Positions 1 through 7,733 of a stretch of DNA of 64,000 nt are shown in pieces (the first letter of the stretch is position 1; each line of letters begins with the position of its first letter). Origin of the DNA: Anaerolineae bacterium (GTDB taxonomy: Bacteria; Chloroflexota; Anaerolineae; UBA1429); contig OY776562.1 of the NCBI GenBank assembly GCA_963675785.1, positions 1,824,001 to 1,888,000 of the forward strand, in the 5' to 3' direction. The position numbers and the translations under genes were made by a program. The notes under the pieces were generated by a model. That model had not been told where the DNA came from, did not search any database, and saw nothing but the letters and a program-made list of their open reading frames with translations.

Positions 1-846
1 CGTAAACGCTGGAAGTTGAAGCCAGTTGGAACTTGTTCACGCCAAACTCACGACACAACTCGAGAAGGTTGACGACACCTACCGTGTTGGTTTCTATATA
101 AATCCAGGGATTCAATACGGATTGGGGCACGCCGGCACGAGCAGCCAAGTTGAACACGCACTCAAATGGCTCGGGCTGCGCATGCGTTGCAAAGACCTTG
201 CGCATGATCTCAAGATCCCTGATATCTTCCCGATAAAAAGTAAAACCCTGACATTCAAGGAGTTGCTGCAAACGCCATTCTTTGAGGCGCACATCATAGG
301 CATCATTGAGACAATCGATACCTACTACCTCATGTCCACCATCGAGAAGTTGTGCCGCTACACGATTTGCAATGAACCCTGCCACGCCCGTTACTAAGTA
401 TCGACTCATCTTCACTCTCTATTTCTGTTGGCAACACACCATCGCCCAAGCTACCAACCTGAAGGCAACGGGAGCCATTATAGCACACAAAAACGCATTT
501 TAATTTATAGATTCGCATATCTATGTCAACCCACTCACCCGACTATCCTATGTTACAACCATTCCTACCCAATTGCCAGAGAACTGAGCTTGAGGCGGGC
601 AGAAATCCTCTCAGGCCAAGCACTAATGGCCCTCAGGTGTTGGATCCGTATATCAATACCCAATCTCCTATCCAGAATATGTATAAATCGATGGATAGCC
701 TGAGACTCACAAACTCGACGTTGCACGCACTCAACTTGATGTTAGAATATGTTAAGAAGTTGTTAGGGGAAGTTTTTGATTCATGCTTCATGCCCTGTTT
801 TTTGATGCAAGCATACTCCCCACACACCCACAAGACTGGAGACACC

Positions 847-2304
847 ATGAATACCAAAGAGATTACCATTTTGCATTCGAATGATATGCACGGTGATTTT
901 ATAGCCGAGATACAAGGTGCGGAAGGAAAGCTAATTGGCGGCCTGGGACGGTTAGCCGGATATCTAAACAAAGTGCGTGCTGAAACCCCAAATACACTTT
1001 ATGTCATCTCTGGAGATATGGTACAAGGCTCGCTTATCGATTCTGAATACAAGGGCATTTCCACCATCGAGATCATGAACTATTTGGCGCCCGATGTGGT
1101 TACTCTGGGCAATCATGAACTAGACTATGGGTTGGCTCATATGTTGTTTCTCGAAAAGATGGCCAACTTCCCCATTGTGAATGCCAATCTCTATATCAAG
1201 CAATATCACCGCCGGCTCATGCAGCCATATTATGTTCTTAACGTAGATGGTTACGATATCCTCTTTATCGGCATCATCACTGAAGCCGTGCTCAAGTCCA
1301 TCAAACAAGATACCAATATCGGCACATTTATTGATCTGGAAGACGCGGCCAGTGAGGTAGGGCGGATCTGCAATGCCTACAAGGATCAGGATATCGACCT
1401 GACTGTCTTGCTCACTCATATTGGCTTTGAATCGGACAAAGAGCTTGCTGCAATGTTGGATCCTGCTTGGGGCGTTGACCTAATCATTGGCGGCCATTCC
1501 CATACGATCCTTGACCAACCTGCAAACGTAAATGGTATTTTGATCACTCAAGCGGGCACAGGCACTGATCAGATAGGTCGTTTTGACTTGATTGTTGACG
1601 ATGACACTAATAGTATCGTCGACTGGACTTGGCAACTCTTGCCAGTAAACGAGAATCTGGCAGAATCAGATACTGAACTCGACGCATTCATTAACATTTA
1701 TCAGCAAGAAGTAGACCGCAAATACAATACGATTATCTCACACCTAGCCAGACCATTAACTCACCCTGCGCGAGAGCAAGAAACAGAACTTGGGAACCTG
1801 TTCGCCGATATCATCTCTGAGCACGCTGATGTGGATGTCGTGTTTGTGGGAAGTGGATCAATTCGTACCAAAAGCCTTGGCCCCATGGTAACCCTGGGAT
1901 TATTGCGACAGACCCTGCCCTACGATGATAGCCTTTATTCATTCACGATCAGTGGCGCACAATTACGTTCCGTCTTTGCACACGTGATGCGTCCCGAAAA
2001 CCGTACAGGCGAAGGTGAATGTTACCAAGTCAATCGAGGTATCCGCGCTGTTTATGATAATAACACTCGAACGTTAGTGTCGCTCGATGTAGCTGGCGAA
2101 CCCGTCGACGACAAAGCTAGTTATACGATTTTGCTGCAAACCTTCCATTATAAGAACTGTCAAGAAAATATTGGCTTGACGAATGAAGAGCTGGGACAGT
2201 CACGGGTGGTCAGCACGTCCATTCGCGACGTGATCGAAGAGTATTTCACTTCACATCAACACCCCGATGCCGTTCTCGAGGGAAGACTCGTCTATTTAGG
2301 TTAG
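847..2304 (+). CDS. Bifunctional metallophosphatase / 5'-nucleotidase (no signal peptide)
   Basis: Motifs ILHSNDMHG, SGDMVQGS, LGNHELDYG, LLTHIG and IIGGHSH, plus a 5'-nucleotidase C-terminal domain. Start moved from 523 to ATG 847, which follows a GGAG RBS. Confidence 0.9.
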   Translation: MNTKEITILHSNDMHGDFIAEIQGAEGKLIGGLGRLAGYLNKVRAETPNTLYVISGDMVQGSLIDSEYKGISTIEIMNYLAPDVVTLGNHELDYGLAHMLFLEKMANFPIVNANLYIKQYHRRLMQPYYVLNVDGYDILFIGIITEAVLKSIKQDTNIGTFIDLEDAASEVGRICNAYKDQDIDLTVLLTHIGFESDKELAAMLDPAWGVDLIIGGHSHTILDQPANVNGILITQAGTGTDQIGRFDLIVDDDTNSIVDWTWQLLPVNENLAESDTELDAFINIYQQEVDRKYNTIISHLARPLTHPAREQETELGNLFADIISEHADVDVVFVGSGSIRTKSLGPMVTLGLLRQTLPYDDSLYSFTISGAQLRSVFAHVMRPENRTGEGECYQVNRGIRAVYDNNTRTLVSLDVAGEPVDDKASYTILLQTFHYKNCQENIGLTNEELGQSRVVSTSIRDVIEEYFTSHQHPDAVLEGRLVYLG

Positions 2305-2319
2305 TAGTCAACTTGCATT

Positions 2320-2353
2320 AAAAAGGGGCTCGCGGTTTGGCGAGCCCCTTTTT
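2320..2353. terminator. Intrinsic terminator (bidirectional shape)
   Basis: AAAAAGGGGCTCGC-ggtttg-GCGAGCCCCTTTTT just after the nucleotidase stop. Confidence 0.85.
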
Positions 2354-2451
2354 AATCTGGGTCTGATCCCCTTGCATTGTTTCTGCACCTGTGCCAAAAA
2401 GGGATCATGCAGGTTTGTCGCTTATTCTGTAGCGTAAACTGGAGACACAAC

Positions 2452-3222
2452 ATGAGCATGCTAGACAAGTTTCGTCTGACTGGTAAAAAGATCATCGTAA
2501 CCGGCGGTGCCGGCGGCATTGGTGAAACCGTCATCTATGCCTTGGCAGAAGTAGGTGCAGAAATCGCTGTTATCGATCTTGATCCAAAAGGCATTGAGCG
2601 CGTCGTCAACAATTTGCAACAACGTGGAACGCGAGCCATGGGCTACAAGGCCGATTTGACGAGTCAAGACGAAGTGAAGGCTATGGTGGAGGCAGTCGTT
2701 TCAGAAATGGGCACAGTCGATGTGCTCTGGAATAACGCTGGTATCTTTCAGAATGTACCTGCAGAAGACATGAATTATGCCGAGTGGCTACGCATTATCG
2801 ACATCAATCTAAACACGGTATTTGCCGTATCGCAGGCCGTAGCCCCCATCATGATAGCCAACAAAAGGGGAACCATTATCAATACGGCGTCCATGTCAGG
2901 CCTGGTGGTGAATGTGCCCCAAAAGCAAGCGGGCTATAATACCGCCAAAGCAGGGATCATTCAGTTGACAAGAACACTGGCTACCGAATGGGCGCCATAC
3001 GGTATTCGCGTTAACAGCATCAGCCCCGGTTATATTGCCACCAACAAGGTCATCGGCGGGGATTATACCCATCTATTTGATTATTGGTTGGAAAGAACGC
3101 CCATGCACCGCATGGGATCCCCCGAGGAATTGGCTGGAGCTGTCATTTATCTGGCCAGTGATGCCTCAAGCTTTACGACTGGCGAAAATATCGTTATCGA
3201 TGGCGGGTATAGCATCGTGTAA
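2452..3222 (+). CDS. SDR-family oxidoreductase (sugar/polyol dehydrogenase-like)
   Basis: TGGAGGIG Rossmann motif, NNAG, YNTAK catalytic YxxxK, and PQKQ motif typical of polyol/sorbose reductases. RBS GGAG precedes ATG 2452. Confidence 0.9.
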   Translation: MSMLDKFRLTGKKIIVTGGAGGIGETVIYALAEVGAEIAVIDLDPKGIERVVNNLQQRGTRAMGYKADLTSQDEVKAMVEAVVSEMGTVDVLWNNAGIFQNVPAEDMNYAEWLRIIDINLNTVFAVSQAVAPIMIANKRGTIINTASMSGLVVNVPQKQAGYNTAKAGIIQLTRTLATEWAPYGIRVNSISPGYIATNKVIGGDYTHLFDYWLERTPMHRMGSPEELAGAVIYLASDASSFTTGENIVIDGGYSIV

Positions 3223-3274
3223 TATCATCCCACCTTCAATCTGCCCTGATCACTGAACAAGTTCTTCTTGTATA

Positions 3275-3318
3275 CAAAAGCACTCCATCAGCAGAATTCT
3301 GCTGACGGAGTGCTTTTG
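3275..3318. terminator. Intrinsic terminator
   Basis: AAAAGCACTCCATCAGCAG-aatt-CTGCTGACGGAGTGCTTTT. Confidence 0.85.
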
Positions 3319-3369
3319 TCTCTCGCTAGCCCTTACTCTTTCAATATCATTCGCAACGAGAATGGAGAG

Positions 3370-3630
3370 CAATTTTAGTACTGTTTACAGTTTTTATATT
3401 CTTATTTTATGTTTTTAATATCTTAAAATCACTTTATTCAAGTAAAAATACTAGTAAGATCATTCTGCAATTTTTATGTTAACTAATTATGTTAATAAAA
3501 TATCAATTTATGTTTAACTAGGATATTATGTCTAATAAATAATCATATCTATTTAACTATCGGTCTAAAATATTAGTAGATGTTAAGATAATTTTTACAT
3601 CTAGATATACTATTTTATTACTCTATTTAA
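3370..3630. promoter_or_regulatory. Very AT-rich non-coding block upstream of the archaellum operon
   Basis: Visibly far more AT-rich than the flanking genes, contains no ORF, and carries repeated TATGTT motifs. Confidence 0.5.
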
Positions 3631-3847
3631 CGCGCAGTTTATGCCCACTACCTGCATATAGCAGTATAAAAGAAGGGTATCCAGTGCACTTATCGCTCTG
3701 GAATTACAGGATTACCGAGTCTAGCTGATGTGTTCATCTCGCCAACACGATCACCCTTGACATCAGATAGACCAGGAGGAGGAGTGGTACGGAATGTACA
3801 AACAGTGGTGTCACAAAGCTTTTTCCAGAAGAGGAAAGGAACAGAAC

Positions 3848-4411
3848 ATGAACCGTCATTTGGAGTGTCGTAGAGACGACCGTGGTTTTACCGCACTGGA
3901 AACCGCCATTATTTTGATGGCTTTTGTGGTGGTCGCCTCGGTATTCGCTTTTACCATGCTATCGTCTGGCATGAGCTCTACTGAGCAGAGCAAGCAAGCT
4001 ATTGCAGCAGGTATGGAAGAAGTTTCCGGCAGTATGGAATTGCGCGGTAGCGTGATTGCAGCAGGCAGCGAAGATGCCGTAACTTCCGTCACTTTTTGCG
4101 TAGCTAATGCCGCAGGTGGAGACCCCATCGATCTTACGACCGGTGAGAACAACGTACTGGTTATCGACTATCGCACCACCGCAACCCGTACAGCCGACGT
4201 GGCCTGGACAGTAGCATGGCAGGGCAATAACGATGGCGATAGCCTTCTCGAAGATCGCGAACTGGCTGAGATCACCGTAGCCGTTCCTGCAGGATCCACA
4301 CTGAGCGCGAACACCGAGTTTGTGCTCGAAGTCCGACCTGAAAAAGGCGGCGTATTGGAAATTGAGCGAACCACTCCTGCCAAGATTGATGCAGTGATGG
4401 ACCTCGGGTAA
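3848..4411 (+). CDS. arlB: Archaellin (archaeal-type flagellin)
   Basis: Class III signal peptide RRDDRG/FTALETAIILMAFVVVASVFAF, archaellin motifs GGDPIDL and NNDGDSLLE, and C-terminal ERTTP...VMDL. Alternative in-frame start at 3794. Confidence 0.93.
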   Translation: MNRHLECRRDDRGFTALETAIILMAFVVVASVFAFTMLSSGMSSTEQSKQAIAAGMEEVSGSMELRGSVIAAGSEDAVTSVTFCVANAAGGDPIDLTTGENNVLVIDYRTTATRTADVAWTVAWQGNNDGDSLLEDRELAEITVAVPAGSTLSANTEFVLEVRPEKGGVLEIERTTPAKIDAVMDLG

Positions 4412-4476
4412 TTCGTCCACTCCTCCCTATGTCTCCGCCATTTGTGGCGAGTGGTGGGACACAGAGTTCACTCCTT

Positions 4477-4516
4477 GGTTTGAGCGGTTCACCTCCTTCG
4501 GTGGGCCGCTCAAACC
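4477..4516 (+). other. Strong intergenic hairpin without U-tract after arlB
   Basis: GGTTTGAGCGGTTCACC-tccttc-GGTGGGCCGCTCAAACC. Confidence 0.7.
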
Positions 4517-4535
4517 GCACCAAAAGGAAATCAAA

Positions 4536-5228
4536 ATGGCTGATCTCGAACAGCGCGTAAAACGTCTTGAAGGCGAACTTAGAATCCTGAAGAACCAAAT
4601 CCAGATGACTTTGCTGGATATTCAGGCTGAGTTGGCCGCCCATTATTATCCCGAATTGCGAACAGAGTTGGAGAGCATTCCCCAGGCTCCAAGAGCTGTT
4701 TCCGGGACGAAAGCCATAGATTCTAGAGCCAAGTCACAAGCCGCTTCTACACCATACGAAAATAACGATACACAAGAGCCCGATGATGCTGAACCAATAC
4801 TCTTGAAAAAAGTGTCTCTTGATCAAATCCATCAACAGCCTCCCAGACCACATGCTTCGCTCAAAGATGATCCGGATGAGCTGGAAATCGTTGATCAAAT
4901 GGTCGCTGTGGCCTATCCCGATCTGGATGATGCCGAACCTTTGCTGACAGAACGTGAGAACAATCTGTGCGCAGAGCCTCTCAATAATCCGATTATTCAA
5001 GCCAGTGTAATACGTTGGACTGGTGACACAGTCACTGTTCTTGGTAAAGAGCAAACGCGCAAGATCATTGAGCTTTGTATTCTGGATGGAAGAATAGATA
5101 AAAAATGGGCAGAGCGATTAAAGCGATTGCTTGATCTTGGCGCAGAGTACGAACCCGAAGAAACACCTTCATTTGATGCAGTACTCAATGCCATGGTTGA
5201 ACTGGTCGAGATTCTGGACGCCCACTAG
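4536..5228 (+). CDS. ArlC/D/E (FlaD/E)-like cytoplasmic archaellum accessory protein
   Basis: N-terminal coiled coil LEQRVKRLEGELRILKNQI..LLDI, acidic linker, and C-terminal W..D.V..LG.E..RKIIEL....G.I pattern resembling the FlaD/E domain. Lies between arlB and arlG. Confidence 0.65.
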   Translation: MADLEQRVKRLEGELRILKNQIQMTLLDIQAELAAHYYPELRTELESIPQAPRAVSGTKAIDSRAKSQAASTPYENNDTQEPDDAEPILLKKVSLDQIHQQPPRPHASLKDDPDELEIVDQMVAVAYPDLDDAEPLLTERENNLCAEPLNNPIIQASVIRWTGDTVTVLGKEQTRKIIELCILDGRIDKKWAERLKRLLDLGAEYEPEETPSFDAVLNAMVELVEILDAH

Positions 5229-5245
5229 AACAGCGGAGGCTATCG

Positions 5246-5758
5246 TTGGACCACCCTATTATTACGTCTCTCATGATCGTCGTAGCTGTGATTTGTGCAA
5301 TGCTTGTGTTCCAGGCAGTGTATCCTTCGGTGGTCCGCGGCTCCGATTCGGTAGTCTCGATGGAAAGACAGCTTTCTGAACGCCTCAAGACTGAAATAGC
5401 CATCATTCATGCTGCCTCAGAGCTTGATCCTGACGGCAATTGGCAAGATGTCAACCTGGATGGCGATTTTTCCAGCTTTATATGGGTCAAGAACCTTGGC
5501 GAAATTACCTTGAGCTCTGTTGAAAGCTGCGATGTTTTTTACGGTCCTGAAGGCAATTGGGCACGAGTTCCTTTTGAGGACGAAGCTGAAGGCGCTTATC
5601 CCTATTGGACATGGGAGCTGGAAAACGCCGAAACCTGGCAGCCAACGGCCACACTCAAGATAACCATTCATGATCTGTCGGTACCCGAATCGGGGCGGTA
5701 TCTTGCCAAAGTCACTACGCAAAATGGCATATCTGACGAGCTCTTGTTTGGGATGTAG
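5246..5758 (+). CDS. arlG: Archaellum protein ArlG (FlaG)
   Basis: N-terminal TM, then LSERLKTEIAII, WVKNLG, DVFYGPEG and W.P..TL.I motifs. TTG start with GGAGG RBS. Confidence 0.85.
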   Translation: MDHPIITSLMIVVAVICAMLVFQAVYPSVVRGSDSVVSMERQLSERLKTEIAIIHAASELDPDGNWQDVNLDGDFSSFIWVKNLGEITLSSVESCDVFYGPEGNWARVPFEDEAEGAYPYWTWELENAETWQPTATLKITIHDLSVPESGRYLAKVTTQNGISDELLFGM

Positions 5759-5760
5759 CC

Positions 5761-6282
5761 ATGGAAACGATTATCAGCTCGCTGATCATTCTTATGCTGG
5801 TGGTCTTTTCAGTGAGTAGTTATTCCAGCGCGATCGTAGAAAGCCAGCAACTCAATGCTGATGGCTGGCAAGCAGCACAAGCACGTGCAGCCGAGCAGAA
5901 TTCAACCAGCATCACCTTTGCGGGCCAAGATGCAGGAACAGATTACATTGACGCGACTCTGCTGAACGATGGTGATACTAGCCTGGCTAACATGGACGAG
6001 TGGGACATATTCATCTCGGCATATAACCAGGCAGGATCTCTTGTTGTGACGTGGCTGCCATATGAGCAAGCCGACACTTTGGGAAATTGGTGGCAAGATT
6101 CAGGGATATACATGGACGCCGCAGGAGGCAGTCCTGAAGTTTATGAACCAAAAGTATTCAATCCCGGTGAAGAGCTGGTCATACGCATTTGGTTGCCTGG
6201 CGGTTTGCAATCTGATTCAGCAGTAATGCTCAACATCGTAACCGACAGCGGGGCCCAGGCCCGCACTATATTCACACAGTAG
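5761..6282 (+). CDS. arlF: Archaellum protein ArlF (FlaF)
   Basis: N-terminal TM, LLNDGDTSL, FNPGEEL and IVTDSG motifs. Follows arlG. Confidence 0.8.
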   Translation: METIISSLIILMLVVFSVSSYSSAIVESQQLNADGWQAAQARAAEQNSTSITFAGQDAGTDYIDATLLNDGDTSLANMDEWDIFISAYNQAGSLVVTWLPYEQADTLGNWWQDSGIYMDAAGGSPEVYEPKVFNPGEELVIRIWLPGGLQSDSAVMLNIVTDSGAQARTIFTQ

Positions 6283-6289
6283 GGTAAAA

Positions 6290-6664
6290 ATGAAACAGAA
6301 TCATCCTTGCATTGTGCTTGTGGATGACGACCAGTGCCTGACCAGCATCCTGGAACTGGTTATGGCCAAAGAGGGCTACGACTTGGTCGTCGTTCATGAC
6401 GGCATTAATGGCCTCAAGAAAATCCGCGAATCCCATCCGGATCTGGCTATTCTGGATGCCATGCTGCCCGGACTGGACGGCCGGGATCTCTGCAGAATGC
6501 TGAAAGGTGATCCGAAGACAGCCAACATCCCGCTCATCATGTTCTCTTGTCTCATGGATCTCGATACTGTTGAGAACGATCTGCCAGCGGATGCTTTTAT
6601 CACCAAACCAGCTCCAGTTACACATCTCCTTGAAACGATTCGAGACAGCTTAGCGAGGGTTTGA
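6290..6664 (+). CDS. Single-domain CheY-like response regulator
   Basis: VDDD, phospho-acceptor ILD.MLPGLDG, FS and FITKP; no output domain. Confidence 0.92.
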   Translation: MKQNHPCIVLVDDDQCLTSILELVMAKEGYDLVVVHDGINGLKKIRESHPDLAILDAMLPGLDGRDLCRMLKGDPKTANIPLIMFSCLMDLDTVENDLPADAFITKPAPVTHLLETIRDSLARV

Positions 6665-6665
6665 C

Positions 6666-7730
6666 GTGCCCGCTCACATTCTGGTTATCGACAGCGATAA
6701 ACAAGCATTGACTGAAAGCATACGCCTGCTCCAGGGCTGTGACTTTGAGGTCACTTCTGCATCGGATTCACAGGTGGGCCTGGCTATGGTATCCACAAGC
6801 GAACCAGATCTGATCATGGTAGATGCGCTGTTGGAAGATCAGGGCTGCGAAGAGATAACACGGATGCTGCGGCTAGACCCAAAGACGCGAGACATTCCCA
6901 TCATTGCCACTATCCCAGCAGAACGCCTCAGCGATCTGATGATCGGCACCGATAGCTATTGGGATGAGTGGCTGCTCAAGCCGTTTACGCGAGAAGATGT
7001 GACTCTCAAGATTGAGCAGCTCATCAAGCCAAGCAGTCATTCGCGCAGAAATGGCGTCGTCTCTACAGGCAGCCACGAGCTGGACAGCAAAATGGGCGGC
7101 GGCATTCCCCTGGGATCCCTTACATTGATCGAAGGAACTTCAGGCGCAGGCAAGTCTGTTTTGGCCCAACAACTCATGTGGGGATCTCTCAAAGGAGGCT
7201 TTCGCCTGTCATCGTTTACTACCGAGAACGGCGTCAAAAGCCTAGTACAGCAAATGCGCAGCCTCAGTCTGGATATCACAGATTTCGTGCTGCTGCGCCG
7301 TCTGCGCATCATCCCCGTTGAAGTATCTGGCTTGGGGAAAAATGCCCCTACTGCCTTACTGGGAGCAATGAGATCTGAAACTGGGACCGACATTATCGTT
7401 GTAGATTCCCTAACGGCGCTTATCAACGGGTGCACCGACCCGCAGGTGCTTGGTTTTTTTGAAGGAGCCAAACGCATCTGTGCAAACGGCACAACAGTCT
7501 TGATCGTTCTGCACTCTTATGGTGTTACACAAGACCTGCTAACACGTCTCAGATCCCTATGTGATGCTCACTTACGCTTGAGCACAGAAGAAATGGGCCA
7601 AAAGCTGGTTCACATGCTCGAAGTAACCAAAGTTCGCGGCGCAGATCGCACCACGGGCAATATCGTCAGCTTTGATGTAGAGCCTGGATGGGGCATGCGC
7701 CTCATTCCTGTTAATAAAGTCAAGGGATAG
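6666..7730 (+). CDS. arlH: Receiver (REC) domain fused to ArlH (FlaH) KaiC/RecA-like ATP-binding protein
   Basis: aa 1-120 are REC (ILVID, DLIMVD, LLKPF). aa ~130-354 are FlaH (STGSHELDSKMGGGIP.GSL.LIEG.SGAGKS, IIVVDSLT, LEVTKVRG, F.VEPGWG). Confidence 0.9.
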   Translation: MPAHILVIDSDKQALTESIRLLQGCDFEVTSASDSQVGLAMVSTSEPDLIMVDALLEDQGCEEITRMLRLDPKTRDIPIIATIPAERLSDLMIGTDSYWDEWLLKPFTREDVTLKIEQLIKPSSHSRRNGVVSTGSHELDSKMGGGIPLGSLTLIEGTSGAGKSVLAQQLMWGSLKGGFRLSSFTTENGVKSLVQQMRSLSLDITDFVLLRRLRIIPVEVSGLGKNAPTALLGAMRSETGTDIIVVDSLTALINGCTDPQVLGFFEGAKRICANGTTVLIVLHSYGVTQDLLTRLRSLCDAHLRLSTEEMGQKLVHMLEVTKVRGADRTTGNIVSFDVEPGWGMRLIPVNKVKG

Positions 7731-7733
7731 TTA

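Noticed and set aside
26-397. 123-aa ORF at the window start
   Set aside because: No recognisable motif, TTG start just after an in-frame stop, and upstream context missing. It could be a gene fragment but cannot be supported.
575-640. CTCTCAGG motif reminiscent of a glycine riboswitch
   Set aside because: Lacks the conserved GGAGA and CCGAAG-A/G-GCAA elements and the aptamer architecture.
3370-3630. AT-rich block as a replication origin
   Set aside because: No DnaA-box (TTATCCACA) cluster and no dnaA/dnaN nearby.
3757-3785. Perfect TTGACA upstream of arlB as a sigma70 -35
   Set aside because: No -10 hexamer at 16-18 nt spacing (AGGAGT).
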